A stretch of DNA of 64,000 nt. Origin: Cyanophora paradoxa CCMP329 (lineage: Eukaryota; Plantae; Glaucophyta). The translations under genes were made by a program, and so were the position numbers. The notes beneath the pieces were generated by a model. It searched no databases, was not told the DNA's origin, and saw only the letters and a program-made list of their open reading frames with translations. Of the stretch, positions 45,587 to 58,474 are shown piece after piece. Every line of letters starts with the position of its first letter. Position 1 is the stretch's first letter. The stretch lies in the NCBI GenBank assembly GCA_004431415.1, contig QPMI01000551.1, positions 170,959 to 234,958 of the forward strand, written 5' to 3'.

Positions 45587-48500
45587 ATGCCGCCGCGGCG
45601 GCAGCGTCCCGAGGACGATGCGCCCGCTCCTCCGCCGGCGGACGGCTCCGCGATGCTGGAGGCGCTCGAGGCCTACGAGCGCACGCCTGGATTCAAGAAA
45701 GTGCCGAACACCACGTTCCTCGTCGACGCGTTCAAGCACCCGAACTCCGTCACAAAGCACTGGTTCCTGACCCATTTTCACAGGCGAGCTCCGCATCTCT
45801 CGCGCTTCCGCGCTCGGGATTTGACGCACGTACGCGCAGCGATCACTACGGCGGCATCACGCGGAGCTGGGCAGGCACTGTCGTGTGTACAGAGGTTCGC
45901 TCATCCTCCGCACGCCCTCTGACCTGGCCGGCCTCACGCGCGGGCCGGGGGCGAATCAGATCACCGCGGCGCTCGTGGCATTCACGTTCCGGATTCCGCT
46001 CTCGGCGATGGTGCGGCTGCAGCTGAACGTGCCTGTGCGCATCGAGGGCGTCGAGGTCAGCGCAGTTGCCGTCGCCGCCCGGCGCGCTGCATTCGAACGT
46101 CCCGGCTGCAGGTCACCGCGCTTGAGGCGAACCACTGCCCCGGCGCCGCCCTCTTTCTCTTCCGCGTCCCGATTCCCGGCTCGCCTGACGCGTACCGCAC
46201 CTACCTCCACACCGTGCCCTCCCTCGCCGCCCGGGCCCTTCCGCTTTTAAATTTCGCGCAGGGCGATATGCGGTACTGTCCGGCGATGAGGGCGTACCCC
46301 GCCCTCGCCAACGCTCCGATCGACATACTCTGTGCTTGACCCGCTAAGCTTCCCTGCTGCACCTCCCGCTGACGGCCGTCGCGTGGGCACGCAGATCTAG
46401 ACACCACGTGTGCGTCTGGCCCTTCGGCCTGTCCCCCCGCCCTTCCCTGTCTAACCGCGAAGCAGACTGCGCCCCCAAGCACGTATTCCCGACCCAGGCG
46501 AGTCCCCTGTACCCCGACCTCCGCGCCGCCCCTCTGTACCCCTCAAGCGGCCCGCAGGACGCTATGATCGATTTCGTCGTCGACGTCGTCCGCAAGAAGG
46601 TGTACCCCTGTCCCCGCACGCCCTTGCGAAAGCGGCCGGCGCTCAACGCCCTTCGCCGCAGATGAACTCTCCGCGCGTGCTCTTCGTCGTGGTACCCTGG
46701 GATGGGGTGCGGGGGGGGGGACCGCTTGCCTGACGGGGGTACAGGGGACCTACCAAATCGGCAAGGAGCGCGTCTTCGTTCGTCTGGCGCAGCAGACGGG
46801 TTTCAAGGTCTGCGTCGAGCCCAGGAAGCGCGTACCCCCCTCCCCGCCGCCCGTTCGCGTACCCCTCCGCCCCCGAGCCTCGCGCGGCAGGCTGGAGCTG
46901 CTCAGGCTGTGCCAGTACCCCATGGACCTCTTCACGACCGACCCCGAGCACCCTGCGGCGCGCATCCGCTGCATCCCGCTGTGGCACTGCAACCGCCAGC
47001 GTCTGTATCCCCGCTCGCCCTGCACCTGTACCCCCCGGCTCTCATTTGTACCCCGCAGGCCTGCGCGAGCTCAAGGCGAGCGTGAAGCACCGCTTCGATT
47101 CGATCGTCGGTCCGCCCGCCCCCCCTCCCCTGCACCGCGCCGTACCCCCGACGCGCGAATCGCGATACCCCGCGCCGCAGCCTTCCGCCCGACGGGCTGG
47201 TCCTTCAGCAACAACCAGACGGTGTCGCGCCAGCAGGCCGGCCCCGGGGTAGAGATCTACGGCGTCCCGTACAGGCGCGCGCGCCGTACCCCCGGCCCGC
47301 GGCGCCCCGCCGAGCGGTCTTCGGCCTTCCGCAGCGAGCACAGCAGCTTTGACGAGCTGCGCGAGTTCGTCTCGTTCCTCCTGCCGGGCCGCCTCGTCCC
47401 GACCGTCAACGCCTCCTCCCCGGGCGCCGTCCGCGTGCGCTCGGATCAGATATGAGCTCAGACGCGACCTGATCTCAAGCGCTTTCGCCGCAGGCGATGC
47501 TGAGCCACTTCCGCGGGCTCGTGCGGGGCGGGGACGGGCCCATCTCCTTCGAGCCCCACCAGGTACACTTACCTCCTCGTCTGTGGCTCCGCTGTGCTCA
47601 CGGCCGGCTCTCGGCAGGGCTGGGGCAGGCGTGCGGACAAAAACAAGAAGCCCGGCGACGCGCCCGCGGGCAGGGGCGGCCGCGGGGCCTCTGGCGGGCG
47701 CGGGCGGCCCCCCGATGACGTCGACGCCGGCCCGCCCGGCCCGCCCCCCGACCCGAAGCGGGGTACCCTCCTCTCCTTCTTCTCGCGGGCCCGCCCCGCC
47801 CCCGCCTCTTCGTCCTCCTCTTCGCCCACCGCCGCCTCCGCGCCCCGGGCTGTCCCCTCCCCCCCCTCCCCCTCCTCGTCCTCCGCGCCGCCGGCCGGGC
47901 CGGAGCCTCGGCCTCGTCCCGGCTCGCCGGCATCTGGAGGGCGTTCCTGGGCCCCGGCCGCCCGCCAGCGGCCCCGGGAGGCCCGAAAGGCCCGGGAGGG
48001 GTACCGCGCCCGTCATCGACCTCGATGCGGCCGTCGTGGACCTGGAGGGGGACGACGGCGAGGGGTACAGGAGCCGGAGCCGGAGGGGACGAGGGGGGGA
48101 TGGAGGTGGACGGGGGGAGGAATCGGAGGAGGGGTTCGACCGGGAGGCCTTCATCGCCTCTCAGTTCCAGGTACCCCCCGTGCACCGAAGATCCCGTACC
48201 CTCCCGCTGAGCGCGCGCCCTCGAAGGTCCGCGAGCTGGCTCCCGATCCTGAGGAGGAGGGGGAGGAGGAGGAGGGGGGAGGAGGAGGGGGAGGCGGGGC
48301 GGCTCTGGGACGAGGAGTGGGAGGGGCCGAGGCCGAAGGAAACGCGGCGGCGGCGGCCGAGGGCGGAGGGGGCGAGTCGCCGCCTCGGACGGGTGTGGGG
48401 CAGGCGCCGCCCTCGCCCCCGCGGCCCGGCCCCTCGCCGCCGCCTCCGCCGCCCCGCGCCGGCCCCGCCGCCCCCGCCGCTGTCATCGACCTGACGGCCT

Positions 48501-48682
48501 CCCCGGGGCCCCCGCCCCCGCCCGGCGCCCGCGGGCGGAAGCGGCCGGCAGCCATGGCGGACCCGCCTCCGCGGGCCGCGGGGGATATCGATGCGGATGC
48601 GGAGCGGGAGCGGGGGGGGGCCGGGGCGCCCCGGCAGCGGGCCATCACCTCGTTCTTCACCCCGGGGCCCTTCGCGCCTTAG
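45587..48682 (+). CDS. SNM1: SNM1/PSO2 nuclease (copy 2)
   Basis: Duplicate of 34505-37598, with several homopolymer indels in the GC-rich tail. Confidence 0.9.
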
Positions 48683-48999
48683 CCGCCGGGCCGAACCGTA
48701 CCGCAGCCGCTTCCGAGCCTAAATTGTTACGGGCCTATAGCTAATACCTGTCCCAGCAATGATCTATAGTGCTAGCCCGTGTCCCAGGCGCACCGGTAGG
48801 CAGAACGCAAGCAGGCAGCTGCAGTGATGATAGTATTAGCGTGTACCCAGACTGAATTTATTTCGAACCAGCCCAACAACGGGTACGGCATAATTCTGAC
48901 CATATGACCTAAGAAACGAATAATATTCAATATTATCACGACGGTTAAATTAAAGGCGGGGAAGAATATCGACAAGGTAATTATATATTACGACTATAA

Positions 49000-51005
49000 T
49001 TACGACTGGTTAAGGCCTCGAGTGGCGACAAGAGAAAGGAGAGGGCGAAGGACAGGAAGCCTGGACTCAGATTTTACAGAACGCAGCCGAAACTCTGGCG
49101 CCTGGCCAGGCGTCCTGCAACAACTGCTTGACGATCCTGTCGTAGCCTTCTTCCTGAGAGTAGAGACGAACATGAAGTACCGGGGACGTGAATCTGTTGG
49201 CGCACGCGCCCAGTTGCTGCTCACGACATTCGCATGAGCGGCGACACTTCTGGAAATATGAATAGCACGGTTGCCGCATTTATGCCGCACCTGCAGCGGT
49301 CCGATATGTGCGACGGAGCGAAGGTTGCAGCTCACAGATAGAAACTTGAGCTCTGCGCAGAGATGAATGGCATCCGCTTCCGACGCGGCGAGAGGCCGCC
49401 TGACGTGGAGAGCCAATCCCCGAAGCACATGCTTGCATGCGATGAGGAGACTCGAAGCAGCTTCTGCTTCCACGTGCACGCTGCTGTCTGCGCAAAACAG
49501 TCGGTCCAAGGTTCAGGATCGGGCGTAGAGCGAGCGGTGAGCTCGGGGCGCACTTCGAGGCGTGCCGGTCGAGTCGCCAAGATCGAGAGATAGCGAAGAT
49601 AGCTTCGGGCACCCGGCGATGGCCTTCTCGAGCGCTTGGAAGCGTTCGACGGTGCACGCGTCTTTTTCCACTCGCACGTTCACGGTTCGTAAGCTGGGCG
49701 AACGGAAAGCAGCGAGGTCGGAAGGCTGCAGTTCCGGGCGGCTCAGCTGCGAAGCGCGATGAGTGGACGCGAGAGGGAACGTTTGAAAGGGCTCACATCC
49801 ATATCAATCTCTTCGAGAAGAGGGAAACGCGCGATGGCCTGTAGAGCCGCGCTGTTGACGGAAAAGAAACTCCTGAGACGATACAGTTCACAGCCGACGT
49901 GAGCAGCAACAGGTGCGAGAGTTGATGGCGGTGGAGAGCACTCACCGAGTACCTTCGGGACTCAAGGCAAACAACAGCGATCGAAGGGTACTGCAAGCCG
50001 AGCCGTCGCGATCGGCAAGGGAAGAAAGCGCGCTACTGATCTCAGAAGGTTCTGCATGTTCAATGAAAGAGTGCCAGCAGATAACCACGTCGCGCAAAGC
50101 GGACAGCGGCGCGAGGGCCGCAATCGCCTCGCATTCGTCAGGCTGGAAGTGGATTGACTGAAGGTTTGGGAGGCTGCGGGCGATGGCCGCTGCTGCTGCG
50201 CCGCCTACGGGAAACGCATTCGGCATGAACTCGAGGGAACGAACGCTGCACAAAGGCTCCAGGGACGCTTGCAGGTCCCGGGAGTCGCCTTTTGGGCGAG
50301 TCCAGCGCCGCGAAGGAAGATAACGCGGCCCTTTTCCCAATTCGGCGGCGGCTCCAGGCGAATGGCAAGCTTCTCCAGGAAACTACGCGCCCCACGCTGC
50401 GGCCGAAGGGCTGCAAGCGTGCCGAGGATGAAAGCATGCACTATGCTAGCGCTGTTCAGGGTGCTGATATCTGTTGCTACGAAGCACAAGTCGACTTCCG
50501 TCAGGCTGCGCATGCAGCTGCTGTCCTTGTTGCAGGCCGTGAGCACGGCGCAGGCCGATGCGACGAGACTGTAGTTGCGCAAGCTGTCCGCGCCCATTCT
50601 GGCGGCCAACCGCAAACACAGGCGGGCAGCGCTAGCTGCAGCTGCAGGGAGCTTGATCTTCCCGCTCCGGAGCAGCGACGCCAGCTGCTCGAAGTCCGCG
50701 GGGTCATTCGACCGCAGCTCGACTTCCTCCCACGCTTTGCTCTCGATCACGCTCCTCCAACGCCTGCGCGGCGGCGCGCGCGTGAGTCGGCGCGGGCCAT
50801 GATCAACGCGCGCATCGGCGAGAGGCCCGGCGACGAACCTGCATACTCCTCGAACCGGCCAGGCGGACGCCAGCGATAACGACTGCAAAACGTGGCCGAG
50901 GACGCCGTCGGGAAGGTCGGAGATGGAACGCAGCGCCGCGCTCGTCCCGACGTCGTTCGCTGGCGCATCTGCCCGTGCTCGTTTCGCTACACGTTCCCGC
51001 GCCAT
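49000..51005 (-). CDS. F-box/LRR-like protein (copy 2)
   Basis: Duplicate of 37916-39923; 1-bp deletions near 50280 and 49545 break the frame (probable read errors). Confidence 0.75.
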
Positions 51006-51115
51006 CGTTCGCGTTCGATTCCCGCGCTCTGGCTGGTTGTATTTGCTACTGTACCCTCGAATCCTCCGTTGCAACTAGCCGTCTTGAAAATTCGATCGGC
51101 ACTCAGCGGGCCCGC

Positions 51116-53397
51116 ATGGCGTCGCTGGAGTCCCCTTGAGCTGTGCTTGAGCCGCGCCGGCTTGAGCTGTGCGCCCGCTGCGCACTTGAACGCGACCCGC
51201 GGCCGCACCCACGCCTCTGCGCAAGCGGCAGCGCAGAGAGCAGCTGGAGTTCGGGATACGCAGGAAGCTTGAGCTGGAGGGCCGCATAAGCGTCGCCCGC
51301 GTCGACACGCTCGGCCAGGTCCGTGCTGCTAGCCGCTGAAGTCACACGCCGCTGAGTGTGCAGCAGCTGATGCGCTCACTGGAGGAGATGTCTGGTATCG
51401 CCAAAGCTCGCAACGAGAGCATGCGCGGCAAGCTGGACGACATAACGAACTCGCTGCAGGCGGTGCGCCACGCTTCGAGCACAACCGCAGGCCGCTACCT
51501 GCCCCGCATCACGCCTGCTGCGCGCAGATGTCGAAGGATACGCAGCTGAAGCTTCAAAGATCCTCCGTGGAGCACTTCAAGGCTCGCACCCGCCGGCAAA
51601 GCTGCCAATCACTCAATTGTTGCTGACAGGCGGACCACGCAGGCGGACTACTTCGCGCGGATGAAGAGCTGGTGGCCGCAGTGGCGCGAGGAGGTCGAGC
51701 GACACAAGGCCCGCGCCCGCCGCGGCCTCCACGCTATCGTAGCTAAGAGAAGGGGCGCAGATCCGACAGGTGCACGAGTACGAGACGGAGGCGGCGCGGG
51801 CAGAAGCGCGGCGGCGACTGGCGAGCGTCACTTTCGAGAAGGAACGCGTCCTGGCCGAGACCATCGCGAAGCGGGTGCCCGGCCCCGCCCCAGCGTATCT
51901 TTTGGCCGCCGCCAACGCCCGCCGCAGAAGCAGCAGCTCCAGGCGGTGCAGGAGGCGGAGCGGCGAGAAGCCATCGCGCGCGAGGTCGAGCGCAGGCGGC
52001 TCGACGAGGATGGTTCGTCAGCGGATCCTCTCCCCTCGCCCCGCCCGCCCCGCCGATGCCGGCGCAGCGAAGGAGATGGAGCGGGCGCTGGGGACGCGGC
52101 GCGGGAAGAGATGCGCGCCGCGGCGGAGAAGGCGCTCGAGGAGGCCACGAGCACCACCGCGAGCGCATGGGTTCGAATCCCCGCGGGCCCCTCCCGCGAG
52201 GCCTGACGCGCGCCCCGCCGCGGCGGCAGGCCGGATACAGGAGGACCTGAAGGCGCTGATGGGGCGGACGCGCGACGAGCACGAGCGGCGGGGCGAGGCG
52301 GACGCGGCCGCGCGGTGGCGGCAGGCGGAGCTCCTGCAGACGGCGGAGGCCGTCCTCCGGGTTCGAAGCCCCGCGGGGCCGCTTCCGCCGGGGCCGACGG
52401 GGGCGGGCGGGCGGCAGGAGGCGGACGCGGCGGTGGCGCGGCAGGCGGCGTCGCCGTCGGCGCGGGACTCGCTGGCGCGGGACCTCGCCGCCGCCCGCGC
52501 CGAGCTCGGCGACTCGTACAGGGCCGACGAGCCGTCCGTCGTGCGCGCCGGCGCCCCTCAGATGGGCCCTCCCGCGTGCCCACGGCCCCGCAGATGGACC
52601 CCGACGAGAGCGCGGCGGCCGGCGGGGCGGGCGTGGGCGGCGTGGGCTCGCCGGGCGTGCCGGGCCCGAGCCTGCAGACGGCGCGGGCGGCGGAGGAGCG
52701 GCGCAGGGCCGGCGACCTCGTCGACGCCGAGCGCGACCGGGTGCGCGGTTCGGCCGGGCGGGCGGGCGCGCCGCCGACGGGGCCGGGGGGGGGGCAGGTG
52801 GAGGGCGCGATCGCGGCGAAGCGGGCGGAGCTGCTGCAGAAGGAGCGGGAGCACCAGGCGCTGCTGAAGCGGGTGCCGGCGCCCGGCCCCGCGCCCCCGA
52901 CGGGCCGGCGCCTGAGCGGGGGCCCGCGCCGGGGCCGGCAGCTGCGGGAGAGCGAGGAGCGGGAGGCGAAAGTGCGGCCGGAGCTGAAGGAGCGGGCGGA
53001 GCGCGAGGCGCGGATCCGGCAGGAGGCGCGCCGCGGGCCCTTTCGCCGCGCCCGCCGCCTCTGAGCGCGCAGCAGATGGAGGCGCGGCGGGGTGCGCCGG
53101 GGAGCCCCGGGGCCAGCAGGTGCCGTACCCCGGCAGCTCCCTCCCCTCCTGCCCCCCGCGCCGCCCGACGGGGCGGCAGCGCGGCGGGGTCGGTGCCGTC
53201 GCCGGACGCGCGGCGGCGGCCCCCGCCCGAGCTCCGCGTGGAGGAGTTCGTCGCAGAGGGCCACGCCGAGCGCGCCGAGGGTGCGCGCCCGGCGCCGCCG
53301 CGGGGCGGCGCGGCCTGTCTCACGGGGGCGGCGGGCGGGCAGAGCGGGACCGGCGGGCGCGGCAGGAGGCGGATGAGGCGGAGCGCAGGCGGCGGGA

Positions 53398-53432
<35 letters not shown>

Positions 53433-53888
53433 AGGCGGAGGGGAGCGGCGGCGGCGGGAGAAGGCGGAGGCGGAGGCGGAGCGGCTGCGGCAGGCGCAGG
53501 CGCAGCAGCTCGCGCTCCTCCAGGACCGCCAGCGGAAGCTCCAGGCCCAGGCCCGCCCGCCCCCGCCCGCCCGCCCGGCCCCGCGCGGCCCAGCCCGGCT
53601 GACGGGGGCGGCAGCTGGAGGCGGAGCGGGAGGCGCAGCGGGCGGCGGCGCGGCAGGTCGAGCACGAGCGGCAGCTCGCCGCGCAGCGCGTCGAGGTCCG
53701 CGCCCCGGCCCGCTCGGGGGCCGGCCGGGCGCGGGTCCTCACGATCCCGCAGGAGGAGCGCCGGCGGGCCGCCGAGCAGGAGCAGCGCCGCCGCGCGGCG
53801 GAGGCGGCCGCCGCGGCCCCACAGCTCCGGGTCCGTCTTCCCCGATCTCTTCCCGGACTCGCGGTCGCGCCCGCCGCCGGCTTGCTAG
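51116..53888 (+). CDS. Glu/Arg/Ala-rich coiled-coil protein (full-length copy); N-terminus weakly reminiscent of kizuna-like centrosomal proteins
   Basis: Spliced exons KLELEGRISVARVDTLGQ|QLMRSLEEMSGIAKARNESMRGKLDDITNSLQA, ADYFARMKSWWPQWREEVERHK, VHEYETEAARAEARRRL..., with regular GT/GC-AG introns. Both ends are approximate. Confidence 0.6.
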
Positions 53889-54737
53889 CGCTGAGCCTGC
53901 GTCTCCTTCTGGTTCCCTCCTGCGGTCCGCCGGGCTGGGGCCTCCGGCCCTTGTCTTTGGTGCAGAGCCACCGCCTCCCGTTTGCATCCCGTTCGATCTT
54001 GTAGTTTAGTTCGATCTGGTTCAAATTCTGATCGTAGTGTTGATGCTAGCGTTAGTTTTAGGATTAGTCCTCGTGCTCGACCTGTCGTTCGCCGTCGTTC
54101 GCCTGTCGTTCGGCGCTGGCCGGCTTTTGTGATCCCTTTGACTGTCCTTCAATTTTGCCTGCTCTTGATCTGCCCTTATCCGCTTTCTGTGTTCTCTTCG
54201 AGCTGTAGCTCTGTTCTTTTGCATCGTCCCCCTTCGCCTCCACCTCCTCTTTGCCTTGTTGTTTTTCTTACCTGTCTGCTTCCTGTCATTTATCTGTCTC
54301 ACTTCCGTCCTCGTCCGGTAGTCTCATTTCCGAAGTTCCGCATGTTCGTGATGTGGTTTCCTTAGATGTTGATGGTAACTCTAGTTCTTCTTCGAGTCTT
54401 TCATCCTCTGTAGATCATCTGCATCCTCTGTAGCATGTCGTGTCTTATAGATCTGTCGACGTCTCTGTGTCTTTCTTCTTTTACTAAGTTTATTGTCGGT
54501 TTTGGGGCTCTTTGTCTTATCTTTCTTCGTGCTCTTGAACATGTCTTAGTTACTTTGCTTCTGCAAATTCTGTCACAAATTCTGAGCCCCGGCCTGGGCT
54601 GCTGGGCTCCGGGCTCTGGGCAGCCCCCGCAGTGCTGTCGGTTTCACAGTGTCAATTAGATGAATTTAGATCAAACACTGGCACACACAGTGTCACGGCA
54701 CCGTGCTGGTGTCTAGATACTACTACCTAGATACTAC

Positions 54738-54802
54738 TTTTGGCGCGTTAATTTGGTACCGCGTTAGTTAAAGTGCCCGCGGTACTTAAGTGCTTTACGG
54801 TA
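54738..54802. mobile_element. Right-end fragment of the TACCGT MITE family
   Basis: GGCGCGTTAATTTGGTACCGCG...TACGGTA resembles the right end of 55824-56088. Confidence 0.5.
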
Positions 54803-55139
54803 TGATACTGTGCGCATGCAGTGTTCACGTGCACGTGGCCGATAAATTGCGGTAATTCACCAAAAACCAAAACATTTAACGGTTCAGCCTCTCAAAAACA
54901 AGTTTAGTTTTTTTTTGGTGAATTCGCGGCTATGCATATGTGTGCTGGCACAGTGCTGCATATATATTTATAGTACTAAAAGTTTAGCCCTGCGATTAAT
55001 ATTCGGGCCGGGTAGCTGCTAAAGTGGTAGTATTGGCGTCAATTTGGCGAAGTATACGTACTTATTATTATTTTGCTGCGCTATAAATCAACTAATTTGA
55101 CACTACTAGCCAACTAGTACGGCGGGTCGACCGGTCTAC

Positions 55140-55805
55140 GTCTGCTCGCTGAGCCTCGCTCTGGTTCGAATTCCGAAGTTCGCCTTTTTCTGCGCCTTCG
55201 AATTCTGATTCTGACTCGTCCGGCGGTCGAGGGGCGAATTGCCGAATCCGCGCTTGTTTTCACCAACCGCTGAAAACTCTGCCAACTGCAATACACGAAA
55301 TACCTTGGAGAAAAATGAAAACAAGAAAAAGAGTTTTTGCATTCGATCGGGAACTTCGGAAGCTCTCCGCGGCCGGCGGGCCGCCGGGGCCCGGGGCCGG
55401 CCGCGGGACGGAAATCCGGCCAGCCGAAAATCGCCGAAAGATCCGAATTTCGGCCGAATTTCGGCAATCTCCATCCGAATTTCGGCCGAAAGAGAATAAA
55501 ATAATTAATACAATATTCGGAATATCGATATTTCGGCCGTTCAAGTGGGGGGTTGGGGTTCGCCGCGCGGGGCACGCGGCGGGGGCCGGGGCGGGGACTG
55601 GCTAACTTCGTCCGTAGGCACTGCTAGACACACTAGTAGGCCGTCTGTCTTGAATTAAAGGGGACTGTGCATGCATGTACATGTTATTACGACTTCCGGA
55701 GGGCGGGGACATACCGAAATTTCGGCCGAATTTCGGCGAATTTCGGCGGGCCGATTTCGAAATTCGGCGCTCCAAAATTCGAATTTCCGAAATTCGGCAA
55801 CCCTA
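55140..55805. mobile_element. Non-autonomous DNA-transposon remnants with AATTTCGGC/GCCGAAAT subterminal repeats and a hAT-like end
   Basis: Many copies of (G)AATTTCGG(C) occur in both orientations. The region ends in GGCAACCCTA (reverse complement TAGGGTTGCC) at 55796-55805. No matching left end was found. Confidence 0.45.
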
Positions 55806-55823
55806 TCCGGGACCCCGATCTAC

Positions 55824-56088
55824 TACCGTGTGGCACTAAATTACCGCGGCATAAATTACCGCGTTAGAAACTCCGGCCCAAGGGCCAAGGGTGGCCAAAA
55901 TACCGCGGTACCAAATTACCGCGTTTTAAAAAACTTGAGGCTTGTATCGGGCGGAATCTCAGGGGGTGGGGCGACTTCGCAGGAGACAAATACCGCGGTA
56001 CCAAATTACCGCGTTTTAACAAATTCTCGGCGCGGTAATTTGGTACCGCGGTAATTAAGTGGGCGCGGTATTTATGTGTTCTACGGTA
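55824..56088. mobile_element. MITE, TACCGT family, copy B (265 bp)
   Basis: TACCGTGTGGCACTAAATTACCGCG ... CGCGGTATTTATGTGTTCTACGGTA; repeated AAATTACCGCG; central AGGCTTGTAT at 55938. Confidence 0.75.
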
Positions 56089-57065
56089 GACAACTCAGCC
56101 GCCACTGGCCCGCCAGTGCCCGCCAGCGGCCCGGCCCCAGCTGCAGCCTGCAGACCGCCGCGCGCGCGGCCCGCGGCCGCCACTGCATGGCCCATTAAAT
56201 AATATTGTCATTGGCCAGTACTCGTGGGCTAGAGTTTCAGTTAACGTTTCAGAGTCTGCGGCGCCGGCCTGGCAAAAATAGGGGAATTTCCCGCGGAAAT
56301 GTCGGACCTCGTGAAAAAAGCCTAATTTTATGTCGGCCGCGGTCCGTTAGACGGACCGGGACGTCGACGTCAGCCGCACGTGCACCACGGACCACGGTCC
56401 ACGGACCACGGGCCACGGCCCGCACGGTCATGCAGCGACTCAGCGCTATATACCCCGGTACACGCGGGGTGACGCGGTATACTGTCATGTCATTAAGTTA
56501 GGCGTCGTTTTAGTTAGAAGTTTGCCCGCCCCTCCGAGGCTCGTGATAGACGTTCACAAAGATAGACGAATGAATTACGATAGACGAGGGGGGGGACCCC
56601 CCCCCCCCTGGCGCGCAGCGCCAGGCGACGGGGGCTGGCGGGGCTCTACAGCTGCGAAATCGAGGTGCGGAGGGAGCCCAGGCCGCACTCCTGCCACGAG
56701 GCGACCCCGACGGTCTTGTTGTTGGCGCGACCCCGCTGCCTGTGCTGCTGTGCTGCTGTGCAGCACGCATGCGCGACGCGTACGTCGACGTCGACGCGCG
56801 CCGGCCGGCGCCGGCGCCGCGCGACTAAGTCCGGGACCAATAGGAAAGGTTTTAGTTAGACGAGTACCCACCCTCGTCTATCCGCGCCTATCATTGTGTA
56901 CGCCTAACTTTGTGACATGACAGTATACGTAGCGCGTTGACTCAGCGAGTCGCCGCCGACTCGCCGGTGACTCGGCGGTGACATCACTGACATTTACATT
57001 TTTCGCGCCACGCGTGCATGATAGAACCCAGTGACCAATGGGGTTCCCCCCCTAATGGGGCCGGT

Positions 57066-57317
57066 TATAATAATTATACGAATATCCGACAACGTTTAGT
57101 TTCATCTATATTCGCCAGACCCTCGCGCTGGCGAATATTTGACGCTGGCGAATTAAGCCTCTGTATTGAGAGAGGGGTAGTAGCGGCTGACCCCTCTGCG
57201 GAGAAGTCGCGGGGTGGCCCCGGGTGGCGAAATCAAGACGCTCGCAGATTAATTTTCGCCAGGGGTTTCGGTTTTTGGCGAATTAAAGTGCTGGCGGATA
57301 TTCGTACGTTTACAGTA
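57066..57317. mobile_element. MITE-like element with TGGCGAAT repeats
   Basis: Imperfect TIRs (...TACGAATATCC / GGATATTCGTA...CAGTA); internal TGGCGAA/TTCGCCA repeats. Confidence 0.5.
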
Positions 57318-57692
57318 TCTCCGGAATGATGCGGCGGAATCCGGATCCTGTGTGTGTGTACTTTGCATATATGATAGAATCGAGTATATACTGTACGCTT
57401 GAGCGTCCGTCCGGACTCCGGACTCCGGACTCCGGAGTCCGGACTCGGGATTCGGGATTGAGAAATCGATATCCGATGATCGACATGCATCACTGAATCA
57501 TGGCATGGCCAATTAAAAATATTGCCGGTACCGTGCCCGACGGTCCGACGGTCGCGCCGCGCGCGCGATCGCGACTCGCGCGCTGCGCATGCATATATGC
57601 ATGCATATGATGCATGCCCAAGCAGCCCATGGCCAACCACGCGCGCCCCGCGGCCGGCGGCCGGCGCCAGGCATTGCGCCAGCGCCCTGTTG

Positions 57693-57987
57693 TACCGTGT
57701 AACACATAAATACTAGTACTGGACCCACTTAATTAACAGAGTCCCAAATCATGGAATTAACAAACCGAAAGTTTGACATAGTCTGTTAATTTGGGACTCT
57801 GCTAATTCACTGCTGTCAGTCACCTCATACTATCTACCCCCCAAAATTACGGCCTCATACAAGCCTAAATTTGCATGATCTGTTAATTTGGGATTCTGTT
57901 ATTTCGCCAAAGGGAGGGCCAGACTCTGAGATTAACCTGTTAATTAACGGACTGTTAATTTAGTGTTACACCGTTAGTTACACGGTA
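57693..57987. mobile_element. MITE, TACCGT family, copy C (295 bp)
   Basis: TACCGTGTAAC ... GTTACACGGTA; repeated AATTAAC/GTTAATT; central core inverted (ATACAAGCCT, 57857-57866). Confidence 0.75.
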
Positions 57988-58474
57988 TACGTACCGATCC
58001 GGATCCTCCGACTCGGCGATCATCGGATGATTCGGATCCCGATTCCCGATTGCCCGAATTCGAATCAGCCCGAGTCACTGGAGTCAGTAGAGACTCAGTA
58101 CTAGTGGCGGGTCCGACGGTCACTGGCCATATATATGCATGGCGCCGGCGACGTCGACTCTGCCGGCGCAAGTCACTGCCGAGTCAGTGCCGACGTCGAC
58201 CCTTTGCGAAGAACCCACCCCACTGGGCCACTGGGCCAGCTGCAGAAAACCTCGTAGGAGTCATAGCGTAGGGCCGTAGGCTACTATATAGCTATATCTA
58301 GCTAGTAGTCCTTCTAGTCCGACGGCCGCGGCCAGACCTGAGAGGCTGAGAGCCTGAGACTCTGATCATGAGACGTCGACGCACGGCGGCGGCGACGGCG
58401 GCGGTAGCGGCAGCAGCAGCAGCAGCACTGCAGCAGAAGAAGCAGCACGCGCACTGCAGCTGCGGCATGTCATC

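Larger units (their letters stand above)
30981..53138 (+). repeat. Direct tandem segmental duplication: copy 1 30981-42056, copy 2 42057-53136
   Basis: CTACATGCTACAGGCTACAG starts at both 30981 and 42057. TGCCGTACCCCGGCAG ends both copies (42056, 53136). The copies differ almost only by 1-bp homopolymer indels. There is 2-bp CT microhomology at the junction. Confidence 0.97.

Noticed and set aside
43555-53136. Frameshifts as evidence that copy 2 (or copy 1) genes are pseudogenes
   Set aside because: The differences are 1-bp changes in G/C homopolymers in both copies, typical of long-read consensus error.
53960-54580. Purine-rich minus-strand stretch resembling a decayed retroelement or coding remnant
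   Set aside because: No sustained frame and no gag, RT or other recognisable motif.
55101-55640. CACTACTAG / CACTAGTAG as CACTA transposon ends
   Set aside because: Both are in the same orientation, with no matching inverted terminus or TSD.
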